The notes below the pieces were generated by a model, which did not search any database, was not told where the DNA came from, and worked only from the letters and a program-made list of their open reading frames with translations. Shown piece by piece: positions 41,552-52,017 of a stretch of 64,000 nt of DNA. The position numbers and the translations under genes are program-made. This DNA comes from Polyangiales bacterium (GTDB lineage: Bacteria; Myxococcota_A; Polyangia; Polyangiales; JADJQN01), in the NCBI GenBank assembly GCA_964202905.1, contig CAXNJO010000012.1, positions 32,001-96,000 of the forward strand, in the 5' to 3' direction. Position 1 is the stretch's first letter. Each line of letters opens with the position of its first letter.

Positions 41552-42347
41552 TCAGGACTCTCTCACGAACCAGCCTGGCGCGACCGGGCGACCTTTGATC
41601 ACCTCGGTCGTGCCGACCCCGACGAAGGCGCCGGGGGCAGCGGCCTCGAACAGCCGCCGCGTGACCTCGGCCCGGTCGCGGTCGCCGAAGTAGATGAGGA
41701 CGTTGCGACATAGCACGACGTCCTGCCGGGCAGGATACGGCGACGGCGCGAGGAGGTTTTGCACCTCCCAGCGCACGGACCGGCGCAGCCGCTCCTTGAT
41801 GCGGTAGCCCGCCCCCGTGTGGGTCGAAATGCCGCGCGAGCCGCTCGGCGCTGAGCCCGCGGCTCACCTCGAGCGCGCTGAACACGCCGTCCCGCGCGCG
41901 CTCGAGGGAGATCTCCGCGACGTCCGAGGCGACGAGATCAAGCGCCTCGAGGGCGCCCGGCCCGCGCTCCGCGAAGGTCATCGCGACCGAATAGGGCTCC
42001 TGCCCGGTCGAGCAGGCGGCGGACCACACGCGCAGCGGGACCGTGCGCTCGCGCGTCAGGAGCCGCGGGACCACGACCTCCGCGAAGGAGCGCCAGAAGG
42101 CCGCGTCGCGAAAGAAGAAGGTCTCGTGGGTCGTCATCGCGTCGACGAGCGCGCGCGCGAAGGGCTCGCCGGGCCGCTCGGCGCACGCCGCGTCGACGAA
42201 CGCACGCACGCTCACGAAGCCGTGCTGTTTCGCCACCGGTCCGAGGCGGGCATCGAGCAGGTAGCGCTGCTCGTCGCTCATCACGACGCCGCACGCCCGC
42301 ACCATGAAGCGCTGCACGAGCGCCCAGCCATCGGCGGATTCAGGCAT
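41552..42347 (-). CDS. cheR: CheR methyltransferase, frameshift near 41810
   Basis: TTHETFFFRD, VWSAACSTGQEPYS, DVVLCRNVLIYF. Confidence 0.92.
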
Positions 42348-42831
42348 GCAAGGCACCGCGCGGCTCGCCGTCGCCCGCCTCGTCGTCGCCGCTCAGCGTG
42401 TCGACGCGCAGCCCGAGCACGATCCGCCCCGCCGCCATCGGGCAGATCCCGAACACGAAGACGCGGTGCTGCGCGTTCAGCGTGTCGGGGGTCGAGCGCC
42501 AGGTCGCCGCGGGCAGCGTGAGGACGTCGCCGATCGCGTCGACGAGCAACCCGACCAGCTCGCCCCCGGAGCGGATCACGACGACGCCGCCCGGCGTGTT
42601 GCCCGGGTCGGGCCGGACCCGCATGCGCGCGCGGAGATCGACCGCCGGCACGATGTGGCCCCGCAGGTTGATGAGCCCGACGACGTGCGCCGGCGCGAGC
42701 GGCACCGGCGTCAACGGCTGCGGCATCATGACCTCCTGCACGTGCTCGACGGGCACGGCGAAGAGCTCCCCAGCGAGGTGGAACGTCGCCCAGATCCCGC
42801 TCGGCGACCAGGTCTCCGCGTCGACGCTCAC
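42340..42831 (-). CDS. cheW: CheW adaptor
   Basis: FAVPVEHVQEV, GLINLRGHIVPAVDLR, GLLVDAIGDV. Confidence 0.92.
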   Translation of the reverse strand: MSVDAETWSPSGIWATFHLAGELFAVPVEHVQEVMMPQPLTPVPLAPAHVVGLINLRGHIVPAVDLRARMRVRPDPGNTPGGVVVIRSGGELVGLLVDAIGDVLTLPAATWRSTPDTLNAQHRVFVFGICPMAAGRIVLGLRVDTLSGDDEAGDGEPRGALHA

Positions 42832-45551
42832 AGGGTCCTCCGATCGTCCGGGCCGCGCCGCTGCGGTCCAATCCCGAGCAGCTCGAGCTCGCGCATGAGC
42901 TGCTCCCGCTCGAGCTTGTGGATGCACGCCCGCGCGCCGCTCGCGAGCGCGCGCTCGGCCCACATCGGGTCCTGGTGGTACGTCCAGACGAACACCGGCA
43001 TGTGCGGCAGCTCGGTGCGGAGGGTCGCCAGCACACCGAAGCCATCCGTACCCGGCATCTCGAGGTCCGTGATGACCGCATCGAACGGGCCGCGCGCCTT
43101 GTCCCGCACGGCCTGCAGCGCAGCGTCTCCGTCGGGCACGTCGACCACTTCGAGGCCGAGCCCACGCAGGTAGCCGCTCAGCGCGGCGCGCATCGCGTTC
43201 GAGTCGTCGGCGACGAGCACACGGCCGCGCTTCGCCGGTCGGCGGCGCTCGCGGACGAAGTGCGGCGCGAGCTCGCGCACGATGCGGTAGACGTCGACGA
43301 GGAGCGTCGTCCGCCCCTGCACGACGGCACGTCCGAGCGTGAACGGCGCAGCGTCCTCCGGGTCGTCGTCGTCGGTGCGCGCCTCGACGACGTCCACGAT
43401 CGCGTCGACGGCCATGCCGATCATCTGCCCGAAGTCGAAGACCACGACGGCCTGCTCCGCGCCCATGATCGCCGCGCGCCCGAGCGGCAGCAGCGCCTCG
43501 GGCCGCACGAGCGGCATCAGCCCGCCGCGGTACTGCACGAGTTCCGTCCCAGCGACGAGCTCGATGTTCGTGCGCGGCACCTGCTCGAGCCGCGCCACCA
43601 TCGCGAGCGGCACCGCGCACTGCGTGTCGCCCGAGCGGAACACGAGCAGCCGCTGCTGCGGCCCCGCGTCCGGACCGGACTCGACGGCGCCGGCCGAGCG
43701 CTGCACCGCGAGGTCGATCCCCGACAGCCCGGCGACCCCGGCCACGTCGAGGATGAGCGCGACCCCGCCGTCGCCGAGTACCGTCGCGCCGCTGTAGCAG
43801 GCGAGGCGCTTGAGCTGGCCGTGCAGCGGCTTGATGACGATCTCTTCGGTGTCGTGGATCGCGTCCACGACGATGCCGTAGCGACGTGTCCCGATCGCGA
43901 CGACGACGATGCTGAGCGTCCCGGGCGCCGCGCTCGCCGCGCCCGCGGGCCGCGCGAGGCGGAACACCTCGTCGAGGCGCACGATGGGCAGCAGCTCGCC
44001 GCGGAGCCGATGAATCTCCGCGCCGCGGACTTGCTCGAGGGCGCCCGCGGCGGCGGTCTCGTCGAGGTAGACGAGCTCGAGCAGGTTGACCTGCGGGACG
44101 GCGAAACGATGCCCCGCGACCTCGACGAGCAGCGCGGGGATGATCGCGAGCGTGAGCGGCATCTTCAGCCGCATGCACGTGCCGCGACCGACCGCGGACT
44201 CGATCTCCACCTGCCCGCCCGCCCGCTCGACGTGCGTGCGCACGACGTCCATCCCGACGCCGCGCCCGGAGATGTCGGTCACCTTCGCCGCGGTGCTGAA
44301 GCCCGGGCGGAACACGAGCTCGAGCGCCTCGCGATCGGTCAGCAGCACCGCCTCGGCGGAGCTCATCAGCCCCTTCTTCACGGCGTGCGCGCGCAACGCG
44401 ATGGGGTCCATGCCGCGGCCGTCGTCCTCGACCTCGATGAGCACCATCCCGCCCTCGTGCGACGCGCGCACGGTCACGGTGCCGCTCGTCGACTTGCCCA
44501 TCGCGGTGCGGGTCGCCGGGTCCTCGATGCCGTGATCGATCGCGTTGCGGACGATGTGCATCAGCGGATCGCGGATGGCCTCGACGAGCGCCTTGTCGAT
44601 CTCGGTGGTCGTGCCCTCGATGCGCGAGACGACGTGCTTGCCGGTCGAATTGCAGAGGTCGCGCACCATGCGCGGAATCTTCTCGAACATGCGCGCGACG
44701 GGCTGCATGCGCGTCTTCATGATCTGCTCTTGCAGCTCGGTCGTGACGAGGTTGAGCCGGTTGAGCGCGACCTGCGAGGACATGCCGCTCTCGCGGCCCG
44801 CGCGCACGACCTGCACGACCTGGTTGCGCGCGAGCACCAGCTCGCCGATGAGGTTCATCAGCTTGTCGAGGACGGCGACGTTCACGCGCACCGTGCCGTC
44901 GGACGCGTCGGGCTTCGGCGCGGAGGCGTCCCGGCGGGCGCCCTCGGCGGTGCGCTCGTCTCCGTCGGCGTCGTTCGGCGCGGGCGGCGCGGGCGGCGCG
45001 AGCGAGGAGGCACGCACCGGCGGAGGAGACGGGGGAACGGACCCCGCCACGATGACGGGCGACGCGTGCGGCGCGCTGGCGCCGTCGTCCGTCGGCGGCG
45101 TGTGCGAGAGCCCGCGGCGCGGCGCGGCGGGCGCCGGCTCGCCCCGCAGATCGGCGCGGATCTCGGCGATCAGCGGCTCGACGTCGACGTCGCCCTCGTC
45201 GTCGGTGTCGCGCACCGAGCAGATCATCGTGCGCAGCGCGTCGCAGACCGAGAGCAGCCGCGCGTAGATCATCGGCGTCGGCGTCAGAGAGCCGTCGCGC
45301 AACTTCGAGAGCATGTCCTCGGCGGTGTGCGAGAGCGCGAGGACGCGGTCGACCGAGAGAAAACCCGAGGTCCCCTTGATCGTGTGGATGTCGCGGAACA
45401 GCACGCCCATCAGGTCGGGGTGCGGCACTCCGCCCTCCGCCGCGAGCAGGAGACGCTCGTCGCGCTGCAGGGCCTCGAGGGACTCGTCGATGAAGATCTC
45501 GAGCGTCTCGGGATCGCGCTCGACGTTGGAGGGCTTCTTGCCTGGGCTCAT
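42828..45551 (-). CDS. cheA: Hybrid CheA (Hpt, dimerisation, HATPase, two CheW, REC)
   Basis: FRDIHTIKG, HIVRNAIDHGIE, DDGRG, GFSTA...SGRGVGMDVV, ITDLEMP. Confidence 0.96.
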   Translation of the reverse strand: MSPGKKPSNVERDPETLEIFIDESLEALQRDERLLLAAEGGVPHPDLMGVLFRDIHTIKGTSGFLSVDRVLALSHTAEDMLSKLRDGSLTPTPMIYARLLSVCDALRTMICSVRDTDDEGDVDVEPLIAEIRADLRGEPAPAAPRRGLSHTPPTDDGASAPHASPVIVAGSVPPSPPPVRASSLAPPAPPAPNDADGDERTAEGARRDASAPKPDASDGTVRVNVAVLDKLMNLIGELVLARNQVVQVVRAGRESGMSSQVALNRLNLVTTELQEQIMKTRMQPVARMFEKIPRMVRDLCNSTGKHVVSRIEGTTTEIDKALVEAIRDPLMHIVRNAIDHGIEDPATRTAMGKSTSGTVTVRASHEGGMVLIEVEDDGRGMDPIALRAHAVKKGLMSSAEAVLLTDREALELVFRPGFSTAAKVTDISGRGVGMDVVRTHVERAGGQVEIESAVGRGTCMRLKMPLTLAIIPALLVEVAGHRFAVPQVNLLELVYLDETAAAGALEQVRGAEIHRLRGELLPIVRLDEVFRLARPAGAASAAPGTLSIVVVAIGTRRYGIVVDAIHDTEEIVIKPLHGQLKRLACYSGATVLGDGGVALILDVAGVAGLSGIDLAVQRSAGAVESGPDAGPQQRLLVFRSGDTQCAVPLAMVARLEQVPRTNIELVAGTELVQYRGGLMPLVRPEALLPLGRAAIMGAEQAVVVFDFGQMIGMAVDAIVDVVEARTDDDDPEDAAPFTLGRAVVQGRTTLLVDVYRIVRELAPHFVRERRRPAKRGRVLVADDSNAMRAALSGYLRGLGLEVVDVPDGDAALQAVRDKARGPFDAVITDLEMPGTDGFGVLATLRTELPHMPVFVWTYHQDPMWAERALASGARACIHKLEREQLMRELELLGIGPQRRGPDDRRTL

Positions 45552-46804
45552 CCGCGCGTCTCCTCGTGGGGCGACTTCCATCCGCTCGTCCGCGCCAGCA
45601 CGAAGGCCGCGAGCTCCGAGCCTGGAACCACGGCGTCGGCGGCGTGGGCCGCCACGACCGCGCCGGGCATCCCCCATACCACGCTGGAGGCCTGATCCTG
45701 CACCACGACCGGCGAGCCTGCCTCGCGCAGCGCCACGGCGCCGAGCGCACCGTCCGTGCCCATGCCGGTGGCGACGACCCCGACGCTCGACGCCCGGCAC
45801 ACCGCGGCGACCGAGCGGAACAGCGGATCGACGGCCGGTTTGCAATGGTGTTCGGGCGGGCCGTCGTCCTGCAGCGCGACGAGGCGGCCGCGGTCACGGC
45901 CGACGCAGAGGTGCCGCTCGTCCCCCGCGAGGTAGACCATCCGCGGCTCGAGGAGCATCCCGTGCTGCGCGATGCGCACGGCGCGGCGGCTCTGCTGCGT
46001 GAGCAACTCGACGAAGAAGCCGATGTGCGCGGCAGCCATGTGCTGCACGATCACGATCGGCACCTCGAAGCCCGCGCCGAGGTCCTGGAGGAAGCGCACC
46101 AGCACGGGCGGCCCGCCCGTCGAGGCGCCGACCGCGATGAGCTCGCGCAGCGCCGGCCCGCTGCGCACCTTGACGCGCGGACGCAACTCGGCGGCCTCGT
46201 CCGGCGCGCCCGGGCGCGATGCGGTGATGCGGGGCGCGGGCCGACTCAAGCTCGCGCGGGGCAGGACGCTCCCAAGCGCCCCCGGCGCCGCGGTCACGCG
46301 CGCTTCTGGCAACACGCTTCCACGCGTCCCCGGCGCCACGCTGACGCGCGCTTCCGGCGCCACGCTCGCGGGGCGCGGCGGAGCGACGCTGCGCGAGCCG
46401 CTCGACGCAGGCTCGAACAGCTCGCGCTCGAGCGCCTCGGTGAGCCGCGCCTCGGCATCCGGACCCGTCGGCTTCGCGATGAGCGTGGCCCCGATCAGGA
46501 GCGCTTCGATCCCGGTGAACGACGCGTCCGCGCTCAGCAGCACGACCCGCACGTGGGGGTGGTGACGGCGCACCCAGTGCAGGAGGTCGAGCCCGCTCTC
46601 GCCGCGCATCGCGATGTCGAGCGTCACCGCGTCGATGTCACCGCGCTCGAGTCGCGCCCGCGCGAGCGCGAGCGTGCCCACCGCGCCGAGCACCTGGAAG
46701 CGCGGGCTGCGCTCGAGACAGCGCGTCACCAGCTGACGGAATGCGGCGCTGTCGTCGACGACGAGGACGCGGCGGATCGCGGAGCTCTGGCTGGACAGGT
46801 TCAT
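45548..46804 (-). CDS. cheB: CheB methylesterase with REC domain and long repetitive linker
   Basis: VVDDS...TLDIAM; GASTGGP, VQHM, TGMGTDG, VVWGMP. Confidence 0.93.
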   Translation of the reverse strand: MNLSSQSSAIRRVLVVDDSAAFRQLVTRCLERSPRFQVLGAVGTLALARARLERGDIDAVTLDIAMRGESGLDLLHWVRRHHPHVRVVLLSADASFTGIEALLIGATLIAKPTGPDAEARLTEALERELFEPASSGSRSVAPPRPASVAPEARVSVAPGTRGSVLPEARVTAAPGALGSVLPRASLSRPAPRITASRPGAPDEAAELRPRVKVRSGPALRELIAVGASTGGPPVLVRFLQDLGAGFEVPIVIVQHMAAAHIGFFVELLTQQSRRAVRIAQHGMLLEPRMVYLAGDERHLCVGRDRGRLVALQDDGPPEHHCKPAVDPLFRSVAAVCRASSVGVVATGMGTDGALGAVALREAGSPVVVQDQASSVVWGMPGAVVAAHAADAVVPGSELAAFVLARTSGWKSPHEETRG

Positions 46805-46989
46805 GCGGCGGGGGAGCGGCGCCCACGGCTCGTGGCGCACGCGGGCGCGCCGACGCACCGGGGCCTCGCGATCATCGGCTGCCCGACCCCGACGCTGAAG
46901 GGGCGGCGCTCCCGTGATGCGCGCGGCCCCGAGCCGACACCCGCGCGACGGTGACAACGCGCCGCAGCGCGTGCGACCCTGCGGCCGCC

Positions 46990-48390
46990 ATGCACCTCCA
47001 CCCGCTCGCTGAGGAAGCCCTCTCGATCCTCGGCCTCCTGGTCGCGGTCGCCATCGTCTATTCACGGCTGCCCCGCGTCGACGTCGGCCACACGCCAAGC
47101 TTCCTGCGGCGGCGCTTCTACAACTGGTTCCCCCTCGGGCTGACCTACGCCTTTCTCTACATGGGGCGTTACAACCTGACGGCCGCGAAGGGCGCGCTCG
47201 ACGATCTCGGGCTCATGTCGAACGCCGATTTCGGGACGATCAAGTCCATCGGCGCGATGGTGTACGGCTGCTCGTTCTTGCTCAACGGACCGCTCGCCGA
47301 CAAGCTCGGCGGCCGCAAGACGATGCTCATCGGCACCGCGGGCGTGGTGGTCGCGAACCTCCTGATGGGCGCCGCGCTGATCTCGGGTGCGTTCACGAGC
47401 CTGCGCGTTCCCTTCACGGTGCTCTACGCGCTCAACATGTATTTCCAGAGCTTCGGCGCCGTCTCGATCGTGAAGGTCAACGCGAGCTGGTTCCACCTGC
47501 GCGAGCGCGGCGCCTTCGGTGGCATCTTCGGGATCCTCATCTCGCTCGGTCTGTATCTCGCCTTCGACCCGACGCGCCTGCTGCTCGCGAGCTTCCCGCC
47601 CGCCTTCGCCTTCTTCCTGCCGGCCGCCGTGCTCTTCGCGTTCTTCGCGATCGACTACCTCGTCGTGCGCGACACGCCGGGCGAGACGGGCCACCCCGAC
47701 TTCGACGTCGCCGACGCCTCGAGCGCCGACGACGGCCACGCGCTCGGTCTCGCCGCGGTCGCGAAGAAGATGCTCACGCACCCGGTCATCCTCTCGATCG
47801 CGCTCGTCGAGTTCTGCAGCGGCTACCTGCGCGCGGCGCTCATGGACTGGTACTACATCTTCGCGCAGCAGACGGGGGCCATGGAGCGCGAGTACGTGCC
47901 GAAGCACTGGGGCCTCATGCAGTGCGTCGCGGGCATCCTCGGCGGCGTGTTCGCGGGCATCCTCTCCGACCGGCTCTTCAGCTCGCGGCGCGGACCGGTC
48001 GCGGCGCTACTTTACGCGCTCTGCATCGCCGCGAGCGTCGGCGTCGCGCTCGCGCTGCTCTCGCCGTGGCTCGGCTGGGTCGTCGCGGTCATGATGCTCG
48101 CGATCATCGGCGTGCACGGCATGCTGAGCGGCACGGCCAGCATGGACTTCGGCGGCCGCAAGAACGCCGGCCTCGCCGTCGGCATCATCGACGGCTTCGT
48201 CTACCTCGGCGTCGCGGCGCAGGCCTTCCTTCTCGGCCGCCTGCTCCCCGAGAAGGGACACGGCGCCGAGGATCCGACGCGCTGGACCGCGTGGCCCTGG
48301 GCGATGATGCCCGTCGCCGTGATCGGCTTCGTCATCGCGCTGCGCCTGTGGAACGCGCGCCCCACGACGAAGAGCGCCGCGGCCCACTGA
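46990..48390 (+). CDS. MFS transporter, organophosphate:Pi antiporter (GlpT/UhpT-like)
   Basis: YAFLYMGRYN, NGPLADKLGGR, WFHLRERG, GIIDGFVYLG. Confidence 0.88.
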   Translation: MHLHPLAEEALSILGLLVAVAIVYSRLPRVDVGHTPSFLRRRFYNWFPLGLTYAFLYMGRYNLTAAKGALDDLGLMSNADFGTIKSIGAMVYGCSFLLNGPLADKLGGRKTMLIGTAGVVVANLLMGAALISGAFTSLRVPFTVLYALNMYFQSFGAVSIVKVNASWFHLRERGAFGGIFGILISLGLYLAFDPTRLLLASFPPAFAFFLPAAVLFAFFAIDYLVVRDTPGETGHPDFDVADASSADDGHALGLAAVAKKMLTHPVILSIALVEFCSGYLRAALMDWYYIFAQQTGAMEREYVPKHWGLMQCVAGILGGVFAGILSDRLFSSRRGPVAALLYALCIAASVGVALALLSPWLGWVVAVMMLAIIGVHGMLSGTASMDFGGRKNAGLAVGIIDGFVYLGVAAQAFLLGRLLPEKGHGAEDPTRWTAWPWAMMPVAVIGFVIALRLWNARPTTKSAAAH

Positions 48391-48455
48391 CGGCGCGCGG
48401 CGCAGGGCGGCGGTGAGGCAGGGCGGGCCGGACGCGAACCGCCCGCAGGCCGTGC

Positions 48456-49201
48456 TCAGTCGAGGCGGAAATCGCTGATCGTCTCGACGCCCGCGTCGGG
48501 CGAGGGCGCCCCGGGTACGCGCTGGGTGTCGAGCACGACGCTGAGCACGTGCGGGAAGACCTGCAGCGCGACGTTGCAGTTCGCGGGCTCGTTGTCGAAG
48601 AAGGCGAGCACGTCGCCGACGCGCAGCAGCGACGGCAGCGCCGTGCGCTTGAAGGCCTCGTCGGGCAGCGTCGCGTCGGGCTTGAGCACGCACTCGATGC
48701 CCGCGATGCGCGATCGGGAATCCCGAATCGCGCAGGCTCGCGACGGTGCCGAGGAACATCCCGGGCACGTCGCGCCCCGTCATGTAGACGACGACCGCAC
48801 CCGCTGTCATGGCACGCGTGTACGTAGTCGCAGGCCCCGTCGAGCGGCACGTCGAAGCGGCAGTACTCGTCGGTGAAGAAGCGATCGCGCCAGTACGCGG
48901 TGACGTCCTTCACGATCTCGGGGTGCGTGAGCCCGCAGCCGCGCAGCGTGTCGCTGAGCAGGTAGTGGATGTGCGTCGCGTCGAGGGTCGCGAGCGCGGT
49001 GGCGACGTCGGGGAACGAGTCCCGCACCTCGGCCGCGTACTCGTCGAGGATCCGCAGCGTCCGCGGGCGGTTGTCGTAGAGCGTGGCGTCGAGGTCGAAG
49101 ACGACCACCGGCGACCGCGTCCCCTCGCCGGCCGCGCCGGTGACGCGATCGAGGACGGCTCGGAGGACGGCGATCTGATGGGGCAGCGGCGGGGGTTGCA
49201 C
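48456..49201 (-). CDS. HAD-superfamily hydrolase, frameshifts near 48805 and 48715
   Basis: VVVFDLDATLYD, VYMTGR, LKPD...FK, FFDNEPAN across three frames. Confidence 0.85.
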
Positions 49202-49498
49202 GGGCGCGACGATAGCCGACGCAACGCGCGCGGGGCAATCGCGGAACGGCATCGCAACCGGGTGCGCCGTGTCTTGCAGGCGCGGCGCAGGGGCCCCAGT
49301 CCCGGGACGTCGGAAAATCGCCCGTGAGCGGCGCTTTGCCGTGGACGACGGGCGGGCGGGAAGCATTTGACCGCTCGCGCGTTCCAAGGGCGACGCGGGT
49401 CGGCAGGCGGTGAACCCGCAGCACGGCGCGCAGCAAGGCCACGGCCCCGGCGTGCTGGGGTGGCGACTCGCGCATCGAACGCGGACAACTCGGAGCCA

Positions 49499-50014
49499 AT
49501 GGCGAATCTGGAAGATCGGGAGAAGATGGACTCGGAGGCCGCACACCCCACGACGGCGCACGCGGCGCGTGCGTCGGGCGCAGGCGCGTCGGGCGCAGGC
49601 GGGGAGAAGGCCGCGGCCGTGCTCGTCGTCGAGCCGGACCCGGAGTTGCAGTCCCGCCTCGCGCGCATGCTCACGGTGCGCGGGCACCGCGTCGTGGGCA
49701 CGAGCTCCGGGGACGGCGCGCTCGCGCTCGTCCGGCAGTGGCCCGTCGACCTCGTCCTCGTCGACGACGCGCTGCCGGCGACCTCCGCCCTCTCGTCGCT
49801 CGCGCTCGCGCGGGTCCTGCGGGCCGTGCACCCCGGGGTACGCGTCGTCCTGATGACGGGCGCCAGCGCGCACGCAGAGGTGCACCTCGCCGCTCGGCTC
49901 GCGGGCGTCGTCGCTTGTCTGACGAAGCCCTTCCGGCCCGAGACGATCGTCGAGGCGCTGCGCCTGCTCGCCCCCCGCGTGGCCGGGCCGGGCGCGCTCG
50001 GCGCCGCGGGCTGA
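49499..50014 (+). CDS. Single-domain response regulator (atypical acidic pocket)
   Basis: VLVVEPD, LVLVDD, VLMTG, LTKPF. Confidence 0.8.
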   Translation: MANLEDREKMDSEAAHPTTAHAARASGAGASGAGGEKAAAVLVVEPDPELQSRLARMLTVRGHRVVGTSSGDGALALVRQWPVDLVLVDDALPATSALSSLALARVLRAVHPGVRVVLMTGASAHAEVHLAARLAGVVACLTKPFRPETIVEALRLLAPRVAGPGALGAAG

Positions 50015-50042
50015 GCCCGCACGCGGCACGCCCCTGCGAGCC

Positions 50043-50071
50043 TTGACACCCCGAGGCCGTGGGCGGAAATT
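50043..50071 (+). promoter_or_regulatory. Putative sigma70 promoter
   Basis: TTGACA-N17-GAAATT, 9 nt before TTG 50081. Confidence 0.45.
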
Positions 50072-50080
50072 CCGCCTCCC

Positions 50081-51976
50081 TTGCGCCGCCTCTCCCGCGC
50101 TCTCCCCTCGCTGGCCGCCATCCCGCTGCTCGTGGCCGTCCTCGCGGCGGCGCAGACGCGGCCGAGCACCATCCCCGTCGACGAGATCCGCCGCGGGATG
50201 GTCGGCTACGGCCTCACCGTCTTCGAGGGCGAGGTCCCGGCGCGCTTCGACGTCGAGGTGATCGACGTCCTGCACAACTTCCGCCCGGGGCAGGACATCG
50301 TCCTCGTCCGCACGCGGCACCCGATCCTCGACCACGCGGCGACGGTGGCGGGGATGAGCGGCTCGCCCATCTACCTCGACGGCCGCCTCGCCGGCGCCTA
50401 CGCGTACGGCTGGCCTTTCGGCAAGGACCCGATCGCGGGCGTCACCCCGATCGCCAACATGCTCGCGGAGATGCGGCGTGCGCGACGCCCGGACGCCTTC
50501 CCGCTGGCCTCGCCACTCGCTCGGTTCGGGAGCGCGTCGACGCGCAGCGCAGGCTCGTCGTGGGCCCGCCTCGCGGGGCTGCCGCCGCACCGCGGCGAGA
50601 CGGCCACGGACGCCCTCACGCCGCTGCGCGCCCTCGCGGAGCGTCGCAGCGCGCAGCCGGGGTGGTCCGCGCACCCGGATGCGCGCGCCCTGCGCCTCGA
50701 GCCCGCCGCCACGCCGCTGATGCTCGGCGGCTTCGGCGATCGCGCGATCGCCGCCCTCACCGAGGAGCTCGCCCCCTTCGGGCTCCTGCCCCTGCAGGCG
50801 GGCGGTGGCGCGCGCACGCCCGCGCCGGGGAGCCCCGCGCCCCGCTTCGTCGATGGCGGCGCGATCGGCGTCCAGCTCGTGCGCGGCGACCTCAGCGCCA
50901 CCGGCGTCGGCACGGTCACGCACGTCGCGGGGCGCGAGCTCGTCGCCTTCGGCCACCCGATGATGAACGCCGGCGAGACGGGCCTGCCGACGGCGACCGC
51001 GCGCGTCTTGCACATCCTCGCGAGCGAGCAGCGCTCCTTCAAACTCGCGGAGGCGGTCGCCCCGCTCGGCGCGCTCGTCAACGACCGGCAGGCCGCGATC
51101 GTCGTCGACAGCGGGGTCACCGCCGCGACGGTGCCCGTGACGCTCCGCGTGCACGGCGTCGAGGGGCTGCCGCGCGAGACGTGGCACTTCGAGGTCGCCG
51201 CGCACCGCGTACTCACGCCCGTGTTGCTGCTCTCCGCGCTCACGAGCGCGCTCGAGGCGACCGTCAGCGACGAGACGGATGTCGTCTTCGAGGCCCGCTC
51301 GCGCGTCGCGATCGAGGGACGCCCCGGCGTCATCGAGCACGAGGACCGGCGCCATGGCAGCGCCGGGCTCGCGAGCGCACGCGCGCTCGGGCGGCTGCGG
51401 CTCTTCGAGACGCTCGAGGCCGTCTACGGCAACCCGTTCGAGCAGGCGCGCATCCGGAGCGTCGAGCTCGACGTGACGGTGCGCTTCGGGCGCGAGCTCA
51501 CGCACATCGTCGACGCGGTGCTGCCCGACGACGAGGTCGACCCCGGCGAGCGCGTCGACCTCGTCGTGACCCTCCGGGCGCACGGCCGCCCCGACGAGCA
51601 GCGCACGATCCCCGTCGACATCCCGCGCGACGCGGCGGGCACCGAGCTCGAGTTCGCGGTGCAGCCGGGCGACGAGGTCCCGCTCGAGAATCCCGAGCCG
51701 CGCTCCCTCGACGACCTCCTCGCGATCGTCGGCAACCGCCTGCCCGCGACCTCGCTCGTCGTGTCGGCGCGGCTGCCCTCGCGCGGCCTGCGCTTCGAGG
51801 GACACGTCGCGCGCAACCTCCCGGCGAGCGCCCTCGACGCGCTCTCGCTGACGAACGGCGGCGCCCCCGCTGCGCCCTTCGCGACGCAGGTGCGTCAGAT
51901 CCATCCCCTCGGCCGGCTCCTCGGGGGCGGCGCGCGCCTCCGCGTGCGCGTGCGCGCCCTCCCGCGCGCCCGCTGA
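50081..51976 (+). CDS. Secreted SpoIVB/peptidase S55 domain protein
   Basis: Signal peptide, GMVGYGLTVFEG, AGMSGSPIYLDGRLAGA, GVGTVT...AFGHP. Confidence 0.88.
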   Translation: MRRLSRALPSLAAIPLLVAVLAAAQTRPSTIPVDEIRRGMVGYGLTVFEGEVPARFDVEVIDVLHNFRPGQDIVLVRTRHPILDHAATVAGMSGSPIYLDGRLAGAYAYGWPFGKDPIAGVTPIANMLAEMRRARRPDAFPLASPLARFGSASTRSAGSSWARLAGLPPHRGETATDALTPLRALAERRSAQPGWSAHPDARALRLEPAATPLMLGGFGDRAIAALTEELAPFGLLPLQAGGGARTPAPGSPAPRFVDGGAIGVQLVRGDLSATGVGTVTHVAGRELVAFGHPMMNAGETGLPTATARVLHILASEQRSFKLAEAVAPLGALVNDRQAAIVVDSGVTAATVPVTLRVHGVEGLPRETWHFEVAAHRVLTPVLLLSALTSALEATVSDETDVVFEARSRVAIEGRPGVIEHEDRRHGSAGLASARALGRLRLFETLEAVYGNPFEQARIRSVELDVTVRFGRELTHIVDAVLPDDEVDPGERVDLVVTLRAHGRPDEQRTIPVDIPRDAAGTELEFAVQPGDEVPLENPEPRSLDDLLAIVGNRLPATSLVVSARLPSRGLRFEGHVARNLPASALDALSLTNGGAPAAPFATQVRQIHPLGRLLGGGARLRVRVRALPRAR

Positions 51977-52017
51977 GCGGCCCCCCGCCGACGTCCGCCT
52001 CTCTCACGACGAGCCCC

